From assembly GCA_020348925.1 (NCBI GenBank), contig CP070758.1, forward strand, positions 1,568,469 through 1,632,468: a stretch of DNA of 64,000 nucleotides. The letters run 5' to 3'. A program made the translations under genes and the position numbers. The stretch is from Gemmatimonadota bacterium. Its GTDB lineage: Bacteria > JBHIER01 > G020348925. The notes beneath the pieces are model-generated. The model was not told where the DNA came from and did not search any database. It worked only from the letters and a program-made list of their open reading frames with translations. Of this stretch, positions 29,397-40,287 are shown piece by piece (position 1 is the first letter of the stretch; the number at the start of each line of letters is the position of its first letter).

Positions 29397-32300
29397 TCAT
29401 CTCAGCATCACCATCTTCTTCGTCTGAGAATAATCTCCAGCTTGAAGCCGATAGAAATAAACGCCGCTTGGGACAACTTCACCCTGACCGTTCTCGCCAT
29501 CCCAGAAGACAGAGTAATACCCCGTCTCCTGAGACTCATCCAACAACATACGTACCTCCTGGCCCATTACGTTGTAAATCCTCAAGGTGGTGTGGACGGG
29601 GTATCCGTCATCTACTATCTGATATTTGATATCTGTGTTCACATTGAAGGGATTGGGGTAATTCTGGAACAGGGCGAACTCGTTTGGCAATACATGAGTT
29701 CGATCACCTTCTGACGTCTCCGTAATGCCAACGACTCTGACAAGTCCGTCTTGAAATGAACCCTGAGGCTGCCCCTCATTGAAGAGCAAGTGTTCAACTG
29801 AAATGATACTTGTATCATCAGAAGTCGCGGTGGGGTTAACCTGGCACTGCAACCATAATAGTGGCGCATAGCTCTCCGAACACTGATCAATAGGCTCAGC
29901 GGAAACGACTGAAACGTGAACACTTCCACCCTCAGCATCGATCCTATATACAAAAAGCCCGAATGGCTCATCGACTGGATTGGCCAGTGTTACCTCTGTA
30001 ATGGTGAGTACAGTAGGATCGTAAGCAAACTCCAAATCTATGGAGTAAATATCAAGAAATTTGAGACTGGTGTCGTTTAAAACATCAACGAGTACAGGAA
30101 ACTCCAGGGTTCTACCTGGACTGCCTACCGTATCAGGCAGAACAAGAGCTACCTCAGGTGGGCCTATAGTATCTCTGAGCCCCGGCCAATTCCTGTTGAC
30201 ATCACCCCAGATAAAAGCTTGAAAATCCTGATCGGTTTGATAGGCAGAAAAATTGGAATAACAAAGAGTATTAGGGACAAACGTCCATTGCCCAATGGAG
30301 TGAAAAACCTCATCCCCTACCATATATCTTGCGATCAAGTGGGCATCGAAGAACGTAACATTTCCACTGCCACTCACATCGGCCATCAGTGAATCAATGT
30401 AAAAATCGCGGTCACCACCACCATATTCACATACTATTAGACGTAAAATAAGAGATGCATCAAAGGAGGTGATGACATGTTGAGGAATTTCCATATTTTG
30501 GGGTGTTATACAATAGTCCTTACCCTCAACCAGGGAAGGAAATGCGTAGAAACCCGTTTCATCCGTATACATTGTTTCGCTCAAAAAGCCACTGAGATGC
30601 AACTCAACATTTTCTAACTGAACATCGGTGTCAGTATACGTAACAGTTCCGGAGATAAAATTTTGGGACCCCACATAGAAATACCTGCTCTCAATTCCAG
30701 TCGGAAGTTGATTGCCCCTGATGTCAGCCACTTTCACGTCCATCAATGTGAGGGGATATGCACCGGTTGGAGCTTGACTATCAACATCAAAAAAGAAATC
30801 GCCCACCGAGCCCGTACCGCCGACAATAGACTGGCCAATACCGGTGATTACCAGCTTTACCTGGTCCAGCGCATAATCCAAGTTGACACCAATGATGTCC
30901 ATGTGCCCGGATCTGGATGTGCTTGAAAAATCGATTGCTGTCAATACAACCGGATAGAAATTCAGGATCAGCTGCAATCCTCCTACCTCGACCTCATTTT
31001 CTAAGAAGATAGAAACTCTCTCTCTTGATGACCCCGGGTCGCCGACCACATCGACAACGCGAACCCAAACATCAGGTAATACTCCCTCAGCTTGTACAGA
31101 CACAATCGCTGCAATCGGAACATCGGGAGCGAGAGAATATAAGACAATATTTCCCCAGGTGGGGCCTACATCTGCGGGAGAACACGTAACAAATACCTCT
31201 TCACTGCTATCCGGCTGAAGAGTGAAAGAAGTTTTATCCACAGTGAAATCGCCACTACTCGAGGTTATTTCCTCGACAGTGTATTCCTCTGTCCCCACAT
31301 TTGTGACAGTGAACACCTTTCGAGCCGATCCACCCACTGCTACCTCCCCAAAATCGTAGGTCTGCGGATACACTTCAAAAGCCTGATATGGAACAGCCCC
31401 AGAGCCATGCAGGGAAATCAACACCTCCCTCTCATCAGGGTCATTACTGATGACAGTCAACGTCCCCGAATAAAGACCTTCGATCATTGGGGTGAAAGTA
31501 ACATGTACATCTTCGCTACAATCCGGAGGAACTCTGAAAGAGGCTCTATCGACTCCAAAAGCGGTGGTGTCCGTAAGAAGAGCAAAAACGATCAGATCCT
31601 CGATACCAACATTGGAGATAGTCAATATCCAATCCTTTGTACTCCCGAAGATAGCTTGCCTGAAATCGTGAATCGTGTCGGATACAGCAATATCCGGAGC
31701 GGAGACGATGGTAATCATTCCATCCGTCGTCTCAGCCCAGGGATCTCCCTCATTGAACATGAAATATTCGAAGTTGAGCGGCCATGATTGTCCTATCTGG
31801 GCATCTGGTAAGGCCTGAAATACAATGTAAGCCAACATACCGTTCTCCTCCGGAGGGGAATTTCCCGCCCAGGCCATTGTGACCTCCCCCCCGTCAACGC
31901 GATATGTGAGTACACCCAAATGTTCGTAAATCGTCTCTTCATTTGATACCTCGGTAATTGACACATTGCTGTCATCGTATGTGATAGCAAACTGAGCGGA
32001 AAAAACGTTCAGGCCTTCCACGTTGCCAACGTTGATACAGACCCTAAAGTTCTCTCCGGGGAGTACGAATTTATCCGTAAGCCAAACGGCCACTGTATCC
32101 GTGGTGACGACTGGTTGTCGCCAGTTCCCGCTAACGTCGCCAATGATGATCGCTTTCCAATCCTCGGTCACATGGCTCTGATCCATATTGGACCAGAATA
32201 GGCTATACATATGCCACTGAGTTGCGTCTTCACCGTGGTACTCGAATATCCAATCCCCGATGCAGGACTCAACTTCATAACCGACAACATGACGAAGCAG

Positions 32301-32762
32301 AACGGCTGCATCGTAAGCAGTAATAGCGTAGTTGAAGGGCTCGGTACTATTGCAGGTTACATCGGCGGCGATGGAGTCATAGCGGTCAAAAGTTGTGAGA
32401 TTGCATAACAGCTGGAGAATAAAAGCCGCATCATAGGCGGTTACAGATACATCATCCTTTTCTCCACTTGGGGTGAGGCTATAGTCAAGTCCAGCCTGTA
32501 ATCCTGCGAATTGATAATAACCGTCAGCATCGGTAAAGGTGGTGTCGGAAGCTCCATCCGACAGAATCAACACGGTGCTGTCCACCGGCACATCGCTTTG
32601 AGCATACTTTACAGTGCCTGAAATCGACACCGTGGAGTCCTGGGCCGAAACAGTATCTCCGAAGGCACCCAAAAATGAGAAAATACACAACGTGATGATA
32701 CTGACGGCGATGATATATGGGCTGAAACTCCAGCCTCTGCGAATACAATAAGGGATTCTCAT
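29397..32762 (-). CDS. Scaffoldin-like secreted protein: three cohesin-like domains, two Ig/dockerin-like modules, two ASH/choice-of-anchor-D-like domains, T9SS-type tail
   Basis: Signal peptide; ISGTV.Y...TD..G.Y.F + TAYDAA..AADV..ITAYDAA (twice); cohesin-like FSAQFAITYD, GGLQLILNF, YSIDLEFAYDP..FNEG; DFGEV..FTVTNVG; FQNYPNPFN..PSGVYFYRL; no catalytic motif seen. Confidence 0.8.
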   Translation of the reverse strand: MRIPYCIRRGWSFSPYIIAVSIITLCIFSFLGAFGDTVSAQDSTVSISGTVKYAQSDVPVDSTVLILSDGASDTTFTDADGYYQFAGLQAGLDYSLTPSGEKDDVSVTAYDAAFILQLLCNLTTFDRYDSIAADVTCNSTEPFNYAITAYDAAVLLRHVVGYEVESCIGDWIFEYHGEDATQWHMYSLFWSNMDQSHVTEDWKAIIIGDVSGNWRQPVVTTDTVAVWLTDKFVLPGENFRVCINVGNVEGLNVFSAQFAITYDDSNVSITEVSNEETIYEHLGVLTYRVDGGEVTMAWAGNSPPEENGMLAYIVFQALPDAQIGQSWPLNFEYFMFNEGDPWAETTDGMITIVSAPDIAVSDTIHDFRQAIFGSTKDWILTISNVGIEDLIVFALLTDTTAFGVDRASFRVPPDCSEDVHVTFTPMIEGLYSGTLTVISNDPDEREVLISLHGSGAVPYQAFEVYPQTYDFGEVAVGGSARKVFTVTNVGTEEYTVEEITSSSGDFTVDKTSFTLQPDSSEEVFVTCSPADVGPTWGNIVLYSLAPDVPIAAIVSVQAEGVLPDVWVRVVDVVGDPGSSRERVSIFLENEVEVGGLQLILNFYPVVLTAIDFSSTSRSGHMDIIGVNLDYALDQVKLVITGIGQSIVGGTGSVGDFFFDVDSQAPTGAYPLTLMDVKVADIRGNQLPTGIESRYFYVGSQNFISGTVTYTDTDVQLENVELHLSGFLSETMYTDETGFYAFPSLVEGKDYCITPQNMEIPQHVITSFDASLILRLIVCEYGGGDRDFYIDSLMADVSGSGNVTFFDAHLIARYMVGDEVFHSIGQWTFVPNTLCYSNFSAYQTDQDFQAFIWGDVNRNWPGLRDTIGPPEVALVLPDTVGSPGRTLEFPVLVDVLNDTSLKFLDIYSIDLEFAYDPTVLTITEVTLANPVDEPFGLFVYRIDAEGGSVHVSVVSAEPIDQCSESYAPLLWLQCQVNPTATSDDTSIISVEHLLFNEGQPQGSFQDGLVRVVGITETSEGDRTHVLPNEFALFQNYPNPFNVNTDIKYQIVDDGYPVHTTLRIYNVMGQEVRMLLDESQETGYYSVFWDGENGQGEVVPSGVYFYRLQAGDYSQTKKMVMLR

Positions 32763-32848
32763 GGCAAACTCCCTCCTTTCGGGATATGGCGCCCTATAGC
32801 TCACGGTACAGGGCTTGTTACTTTTTGGGAAAGCACTTCCTTTCCCCC

Positions 32849-32948
32849 NNNNNNNNNNNNNNNNNNNNNNNNNNNNNNNNNNNNNNNNNNNNNNNNNNNN
32901 NNNNNNNNNNNNNNNNNNNNNNNNNNNNNNNNNNNNNNNNNNNNNNNN
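32849..32948. other. Assembly gap (N run)
   Basis: 100 N. Confidence 1.
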
Positions 32949-33159
32949 CTGTCATTCCGGCTGGAATGCCGGAATCTCCTCGATTGATGCAACGGATTCT
33001 CTGTTCAGGAGATTCCGGGATAAACCCGGCATGACAGAGTATACAATCGTGGGAGATGCTACCGAACAAAGTTCAAAACCAGTGTTCATTATAATTCCAT
33101 AAATATATTTATGTTACGTTGCGTTTGCAGTGGTTTTATGAATTATCCAGGCTAAAGAC
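32949..33159. repeat. 211-bp direct repeat copy 1, starting with a REP-like GTCATTCCGG palindromic pair
   Basis: Near-identical to 45993-46203; gtcattccggc..gccggaatc...gattccgg..ccggcatgac. Confidence 0.92.
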
Positions 33160-33211
33160 TCTTTGAAAAAGTCGCAGGTTAATTCTCTTTTCATCCATCC
33201 GATCATGCTCT

Positions 33212-34813
33212 TCAATGCCGTCTCTTTTTCTTCCCCTGAAGCTGCCTCTTCCCTGACGACTTCTCTACCTTCCGCCTCTCCAAGGTCGATCTCAGAAGAA
33301 TCCTCAGAAGCAGATAGCCGGAAGCGGTAAAAGTGATCACAAAAATGACCAGAGTCACCCCCACCCAAGCGGGAAAACCACGGCCAAGCTGCCAGTCGAA
33401 TACGATGAAGTAAAAATCGTCATGTTTTAGGTAATTGATATACATAAAATTGATATCACCTGACAACAAGAGGTGTTTCATGTTCTGTGTAATGAGATTC
33501 CATCTTGGATTCAAATTCATCATTTTCCGGGCTGCCCATTTGTCCTCGGGGGTATTATACCGGTTTTCCAAATGAACCTGAGTATCTTGATAGGTCACAC
33601 TTGAACCTATGAATTGAAAGAGTGCGGATAGGATGAATACTGTTACGAATACCCTGAAGTACAATGCTCCCCTTGGGCGAGTTGTCATTCTATTGACAAA
33701 GGTTCCCATAACAATCACCAGAAACCCGGTCATAGGGACCATATACCGAATACCCCAGGCGCTACTGCCCGGGAAACCGACGGAACCCCGATTTGAGTAG
33801 AGAAGAACATGAAGACATAATATCACTGCAATGAGAATGAATTCAAACCTGAATTTTCTCCAGAAATCCTTGACCGCCCAGAAGATGAAAATGAGGATAG
33901 GATTGATGAAGAACATGCTTCGGCAGGGGATGACCCACATGCCAAGGAAGCCCAAGATTGTATCACCAAAACCTTTTATGCCGATTCCTTTTCCCTCTCC
34001 CTCGATGGTCCCAACTTCCTGAGCTTTTGTCGCATATCCCAATTCGAGGATATCCCCGAAACGTGCATAATTGTAATAGGCGTAAAGGGCGAAGAAGACA
34101 AGCAGGGGCGAAATAAAAATCAATCCGTCCCTCAGTAGGATTATCAAAGTTTTCTTGCCCTCACGATAATCGTTGTAGAATAGGACAAGGATTCCGGATA
34201 CGATGACGAGGATGAAAAGAGGTGCGTCAGGACGTACAATCAGGGCGAATCCAGTGAAACAACCGCAGAGAAATAACCACGTTCCCTTTCTCATCTTCCT
34301 GTATTTCAATAAAAATAAAAACGCTGTCAGATAGACAATCGTTGTCAAGGGCTCTGGCATGAGGTACCGCGAATGGACCCATGCCATGGTACCGACTCCG
34401 TAAATAAGGGTCATTAGAATCGAGGTCTTTATCGAATATTTCAGCTCTCTCCCGATAAGAAATAGGATGACGCATGCGAGCGAAGTCAGAATAGAGTTGG
34501 TGAAGAAAACTCCATTTGGAAACATTCCGAGCAATTTTGAGAGGGCGGCGAAGAAGGAGACAACGAGCAGGAAAGCCAAACCCTCGTATGAGTAATATTT
34601 TCCATCCACCCCGATGCCCGTCTCCAAGGTCGGTTCTTCCAAGGCAAAAGTGCCCTCTTCGATGACACTGGTTGCTGTCAGTAGGGCCGACACACCCATG
34701 GACGTTGTGGGATACCCTGCAGCAGTAAGCAGATAGAGACTGGCAAGAAAAATGAAAAGTATTAATTCACTCCGACTCATAGGTTTTTCCTCAACTTGCA
34801 CTTTCTGTTTCAT
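33212..34813 (-). CDS. GT-C-like (PMT/ArnT-type) polytopic membrane protein, paralog 1
   Basis: Multiple TM helices; GxDGKYY, MPEPL, YNYARFG, GSSAWGIRYMVP; basic C-tail. Confidence 0.75.
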   Translation of the reverse strand: MKQKVQVEEKPMSRSELILFIFLASLYLLTAAGYPTTSMGVSALLTATSVIEEGTFALEEPTLETGIGVDGKYYSYEGLAFLLVVSFFAALSKLLGMFPNGVFFTNSILTSLACVILFLIGRELKYSIKTSILMTLIYGVGTMAWVHSRYLMPEPLTTIVYLTAFLFLLKYRKMRKGTWLFLCGCFTGFALIVRPDAPLFILVIVSGILVLFYNDYREGKKTLIILLRDGLIFISPLLVFFALYAYYNYARFGDILELGYATKAQEVGTIEGEGKGIGIKGFGDTILGFLGMWVIPCRSMFFINPILIFIFWAVKDFWRKFRFEFILIAVILCLHVLLYSNRGSVGFPGSSAWGIRYMVPMTGFLVIVMGTFVNRMTTRPRGALYFRVFVTVFILSALFQFIGSSVTYQDTQVHLENRYNTPEDKWAARKMMNLNPRWNLITQNMKHLLLSGDINFMYINYLKHDDFYFIVFDWQLGRGFPAWVGVTLVIFVITFTASGYLLLRILLRSTLERRKVEKSSGKRQLQGKKKRRH

Positions 34814-35078
34814 GTGGATACCTCGAATGATCGCGTTCGAGAGATCGCTTGTTTCCTACCGCCGCCTTTCCACAAGCTCTGGCTGTTCCTTGGAACCCCA
34901 ATTTTTTCATTGCAATGCCTGGTATTAGCAAGATCGAGAATTCTGTCCAGAGCATTCTGTGAACTGTGAAAAAGGGCAAAGAGTAAACGCAATACGAAAA
35001 TCTTCGCCAGAGAACCATTCAAGCACTTCATTCGAATGTATGCCCTGCTTGTATAATCCTGAAGTGCGATATTCCAGT

Positions 35079-36683
35079 TCACGGCACCTTTGGATCCCAT
35101 TTCTTTTTTCCCCCTCTTAGTTTCCTTCTCCCTGCGGACTTCCCAACCTTACGCACATCTAGCGTTGGACTCAGGAGAATCTTAAGGAGGAGATAACCGG
35201 ATGTACTAAAGGTGATCAAAAAAATAGTCAGCGTGACACCCACCCATGCGGGAGGACCAGAGTGCCAGAGGTATTTCCGGAAGTAAACATTGTCGTGTTT
35301 TAAGTAATTGACATACATAAGGTCGACATAACCTGAAAAAAGCTTCTTCGTGTTCTGTGTGATGAGATTCCATCTTGGATTCAAATTCATCATTCTCCGA
35401 GCTGCCCATTTGTCCTCGGGTGTCTTATACTGTTCCTCCAGATAAACCTGGGTAGCCTGATAACCAATACTCGAACCTATGAATTGAAAGAGTGCGGAGA
35501 GTATGAATACCGTTGCGAATATCTTGAACTGGGGAGCTCCCTTTCTGCGAGTCGTAATTTTATCGACAAAGGTTCCCATGACAATCACCAGAAACCCGGT
35601 CATAGGGACCATATACCGAATCCCCCATGCGCTGCTGCCCGGAAAACCGACGGAACCCCGATTTGAATAGAGAAGAACATGAAGACAAAATACCACTGCG
35701 ATGAGAATGAATTCAAACCTGAATTTTCTCCAGAAATCCTTGACCGCCCAAAAGATGAAAATGAGGATAGGATTGATGAAGAACATGCTTCGGCATGGAA
35801 TGACCCACATGCCAAGGAAACCTTAGAGCGTGTCAGCAAGACTATGAATCCTGATTTCACCATATCCTCTCCGGCTTTCTGGAATTTCCTGAGCTTTTGT
35901 CGCATATCCCAATTCGAGGATATCCCCGAAACGTGCATAATTATAATAGGCGTAAATGGCAAAGAAGAAAAACAGGGGCGAAAGAAAGATCAATCCATCC
36001 CTCAGTAGGATGGTCAAAGTTTTCTTGCCGTCACGATAATCGTTGTAGAATAAGACTATGATTCCGGATACGATGACGATGATAAAAAGAGGTGCATCCG
36101 GACGTACAATCAGAGCACATCCCGTGAAAAAACCGCACGACAATAACCACGTAACATGTCTCACTCTCCTGTATTTGAGAAGAAATAAAAACGCTGCCAG
36201 ATAGACCACAGTCGTCAGAGGTTCTGGCATGAGGTAGCGTGAATGAACCCATGCCATTGTTCCGACGCCATAGATAAGGGCTAATAGAATTGAGGTCTTT
36301 ATCGAATATTTCAGCTCTCTCCCGATAAGAAATAGGATGATACAGGCGATGGAGGTCAGAATATGATTCGTAAAGAAAATTCCATTTGGAACGGTTCCGA
36401 ACATCTTTGAGAGTGCGGCGAAGAAGGAGACGACGAGAATGAAAGCCAATCCTTCATACGGGTAATACTTTCCATCTACCCCAATTCCTGTCTCCAACGT
36501 CGGTTCTTCCAAGGAAAAATTGCCCTCATCGATGACACTCGTTGCTGTCAGGACGGCGGACACGCCCATGGATGTTGTGGGATGTCCTGCCATTGTAAGA
36601 AAATAGAGACTCGCAAGGAAAGTGAATAGTATTAATTTGATATGTCTCATGGATCTTCCTGAAGTTTGGCTTTCATATTGCAT
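35079..36683 (-). pseudogene. GT-C-like paralog 2 interrupted by an in-frame TAA at 35823-35825
   Basis: ..ADTL*GFLGMWVIPC aligns with paralog DTILGFLGMWVIPC; both halves are in the same frame. Confidence 0.85.
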
Positions 36684-36947
36684 TTGGATGCCCCAGATTG
36701 TCGTGTCCGTAAATCACTGTTCCAGATCACCAGTGCTTCCCAGGTCCCAGTTTCCTCCTGTTTGTCTCATGATTGCGCTAAATGCTCGGTGCAGATATGA
36801 GCAAGGGCGCTGTTTCGGCTGTTGTGTGCATTGCACAAAGCAGGCAACAGGAATCCGCCATACGAACACCATTGCACCGGAATCGTCCAGGCTCTCAACG
36901 TGAGGATCGCCACGGAATGTGCGGCCCTGAATTTCGATATCCCGTCG

Positions 36948-38504
36948 TCACACTGCCTTTTTGCCCCTTTTTCGTTTTCCCTTCAATTTTTCCTTTGCCG
37001 GTTCGGTTGGAGGCAGTCTCAGAATTTTAAAGAGCAGATAACCTGATGTAATAATTGCACATATTAGAAACACTGGCACGATGCCCAACCATTTCACTTG
37101 GAGGAAATTTTCGGGCAGGGTCTCCTTTCGAAAGAAGTAATTGAAATACAGAAGATCGACATCCCCGCGTTGAATTTTCTTGAAGTTTTCCGTTAAGAGA
37201 TTCCATCTTGGGTTCATATTCATCATTTTTCGCCCAACCCAATTATTTTCCGGTGTATTGTAACGTTCATCCAAATAGTTCTGAGTATCCACATAGACGT
37301 TACTGACGCCTATATATTGAAAAACTGTTGAGATGGCAAATACCGTTACAAATATTTTATAAAGCACGTTTCTTTTCATGATGATTTTGTCGACGAAGGT
37401 GCCCATAACAATCACCATGAAACCAGTCATTGGGACCATATACCGAACACCCCAGGCACTGCTGCCCGGAAAACCGATCGGACCCCGATTTGAGTAAAGA
37501 AAAACGTAAAGGCAAAATATGACCGCAATAAGAATCAACTCAAATCTGAATTTCCTCCAGAAATCCTTGACCGCCCAAAAGATGAAAATGAGGATAGGAT
37601 TGATGAAGAACATGCTTCTGCATGGAATAATCCACATACCAGCGAAACCCAACAATGTTTTACTCATGCTTTTTACTCTGTGTCCGCTGTGTTCTTCACT
37701 GTTCTCCAATACTGTCTCGGCCTTCGTGGTATACCCCAATTCAAAAATGCTTCCAAACCGGGCATAATTATAATAGGCATATATCGCAAAAAAGAGAAGG
37801 AGCGGTATGAGAAAAACGAGTCCCTCATTAACTATGGGCCACAGTTCCCTCTTCTTGTCGCGATATTTCCTGTAAAGCAATACGAGCACTCCGATAGCCA
37901 TACCGAAAATGAAGAAAGGTGCATCAGGGCGCACGATCAGCGCCAATCCTGTGCAACAAGCACAGAGGAGGAGCCATTTTCTTCTATTCGTATTTTTATA
38001 CTTAAGTAAAAAGAGAACAGCGGTCAAAAATACGACGGTCGTAAGAGGTTCCGGCATAAGGTATGTCGAATGAACGAAAGCCATGGTTCCGATTCCATAG
38101 ACAAGAGCAAGTAAGATTGAAGTTTTTTTTGAATATTTCAATTCTCTGCCGACAAGATAGAGGATCAGACAAGCAAGCGGTGTTACTAACGAGTTTGTGA
38201 ACGGAATCCAATCGGGACGACCAAGAAATGTGAAAAAAGCAAAAAAACCCGTAACGACGAGGAGATAGGCTAATCCACCATAATTATAGTATTTTCCATC
38301 TTTTCCGATGCCGGTCTCCAATCTCGGTCTCTCCAAAGCAAAGTCGCCGTCTTCAATAATGCTCTCTGCCGTCTTATAGGCGGATACACACATGGATGTT
38401 GTGAGATATCCCGTTGTGTTCATCAAGTACACACCTGAGAGAAAAACGAAAAGCAACAGGTGAACATTCATCCACGGTTTCTTTTCATCGATGTTCGCTT
38501 TCAT
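36948..38504 (-). CDS. GT-C-like membrane protein, paralog 3
   Basis: Same conserved motifs as paralog 1; start MKANID chosen from RBS. Confidence 0.75.
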   Translation of the reverse strand: MKANIDEKKPWMNVHLLLFVFLSGVYLMNTTGYLTTSMCVSAYKTAESIIEDGDFALERPRLETGIGKDGKYYNYGGLAYLLVVTGFFAFFTFLGRPDWIPFTNSLVTPLACLILYLVGRELKYSKKTSILLALVYGIGTMAFVHSTYLMPEPLTTVVFLTAVLFLLKYKNTNRRKWLLLCACCTGLALIVRPDAPFFIFGMAIGVLVLLYRKYRDKKRELWPIVNEGLVFLIPLLLFFAIYAYYNYARFGSIFELGYTTKAETVLENSEEHSGHRVKSMSKTLLGFAGMWIIPCRSMFFINPILIFIFWAVKDFWRKFRFELILIAVIFCLYVFLYSNRGPIGFPGSSAWGVRYMVPMTGFMVIVMGTFVDKIIMKRNVLYKIFVTVFAISTVFQYIGVSNVYVDTQNYLDERYNTPENNWVGRKMMNMNPRWNLLTENFKKIQRGDVDLLYFNYFFRKETLPENFLQVKWLGIVPVFLICAIITSGYLLFKILRLPPTEPAKEKLKGKRKRGKKAV

Positions 38505-38694
38505 GACGTACCTACCTTTGTTTTGCATTGAGTGAATGTTACATGTGCACTATTATTCTTTCATCATCAAGTCCCAACATATGAATTTTGTCGGTTAAAG
38601 AAGGTACGTGTTACAGTTGGGTAACATCATCATCCGATAAAAGCCACGAATGTATTTTGCTTGAGCCGGTTTTAGTCTCTTCGTAGGCAGGAGA

Positions 38695-40287
38695 TTAATG
38701 TCGGATCTTCGAATTCATATGCTTCTGCCGTTTCCTTTGCTTCCCCCTGCGTTTCTTTTTCGCAGGCTCTGCCTCAGGAAGCCTGAGAATTCTATAGAGC
38801 AGATAGCCCGAAACGGTCAGAGCGCACACATACACGAAAAGAACGAAACCAAGCCAGGACGGAGGACCTCCCCCCGTGAGAAAGCTGTCGTGCATCAGTC
38901 TCCGGTTGAAAAGGTAATTGTAGTACATATGATCGACAAGTCCTCGCCGGAGCCATTTTAAGTTTTGAATGAGTAAACTCCACCGAGGATCCAAGTTCAT
39001 CATTTTTCGAGCATTCCATTTTCCCTGTTCGATTCGAGATTGCTCCTCCAAAAAACCCTGGGTAACCTGATAGCTTTGACTTGCCCCGATGGATTGGAAG
39101 AGCACCGAAAGAACGGCAACCGCAAGAAAAACCTTGGAAAGCCGGCTCCTCTGTTTACTGATTTTCTCAACGAAAATACCCATGACGATCACCATAAAAG
39201 ATGTCATGGGAACCATGTATCGAATTCCCCAGGCACTGCTTCCCGGGAAACCCAACGGACCCCGATTTGAGTAAAGGAGAACATGAAAAACAAAAGCGAT
39301 TCCGATCACGATAAACTCATGTTTGTATTTTTTCCAGAAATCCTTGAGTGCCCAAAAGATGAAGATGAGAACCGGGTTGATATAAAACATACTTCTGCAC
39401 GGAATGACCCACATACCCAGGAAGCCCAGAAGCGTATCATTTAGATCTCTTATAGGATGTCCTTTGTTTCCATAATCGCTCTCTAAAAGTCCATGACCTT
39501 TTGTTGCATACCCCAATTCGAAGATGTCTCCGAAGCGGGCATAATTATTATAGGCGTAGATGGCAAGGAACAGAACTACAGGGGCAAGGAATATGAATCC
39601 CTCCAAAACAATGGACCCAACTCCCTTATTCCTCTCGCGGTAATCACGGTAGAACGACATGAGTATCCCGATACCAATGGCGAAGATGAACAGAGGCGCC
39701 TCCGGGCGGACGATGAGTGCCAGGCCGGAGAAGCAACCGCAGAGGAACAGCCACTTGGTTTCCTTCCGGTTCTTGTATTTCAGGAGAAAGAGGAACGAGG
39801 TCAAGTAGACGAAAGTGGTCAAAGGCTCCGGCATGAGGTATCGGGAATGCACCCAGGCCATCGTGGCGACTCCGTATATGAGAGAAAGTAAAATAGACGT
39901 TCTTTTTGAATATTTCAATTCCCTTCCGACGAAATAGATCAATAGGCATGCGGTTGCCGTTATCATCTGGTTTGCGATTAAAAGAAATCCGTGTGGTGCG
40001 AGGAATTTGATAATGCCGAAAAAGGCGGTCACGATGAGGATAAATGCCAAGCCCTCATAAACATAGTATTTTCCGTCCTTGCCCAAGCCCGTTTCAAGCG
40101 TGGGCTTGTCCAGAGCAAAATCACCCTCCTCAATGAAACTCTTTGCTGTCGAGTACACGGACATGCCCATGGAGGTTGTAAAGTAGCCGGGTGTCGTAAT
40201 CATATAGAGACTTGCGAGGAAAATAAATAGGAGTAAAAGGATATGATGTTGTGATGTCTTCCCATCCATGACTTTTTGCCTTTCCAC
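38695..40287 (-). CDS. GT-C-like membrane protein, paralog 4
   Basis: Same conserved motifs as paralog 1. Confidence 0.75.
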   Translation of the reverse strand: MERQKVMDGKTSQHHILLLLFIFLASLYMITTPGYFTTSMGMSVYSTAKSFIEEGDFALDKPTLETGLGKDGKYYVYEGLAFILIVTAFFGIIKFLAPHGFLLIANQMITATACLLIYFVGRELKYSKRTSILLSLIYGVATMAWVHSRYLMPEPLTTFVYLTSFLFLLKYKNRKETKWLFLCGCFSGLALIVRPEAPLFIFAIGIGILMSFYRDYRERNKGVGSIVLEGFIFLAPVVLFLAIYAYNNYARFGDIFELGYATKGHGLLESDYGNKGHPIRDLNDTLLGFLGMWVIPCRSMFYINPVLIFIFWALKDFWKKYKHEFIVIGIAFVFHVLLYSNRGPLGFPGSSAWGIRYMVPMTSFMVIVMGIFVEKISKQRSRLSKVFLAVAVLSVLFQSIGASQSYQVTQGFLEEQSRIEQGKWNARKMMNLDPRWSLLIQNLKWLRRGLVDHMYYNYLFNRRLMHDSFLTGGGPPSWLGFVLFVYVCALTVSGYLLYRILRLPEAEPAKKKRRGKQRKRQKHMNSKIRH

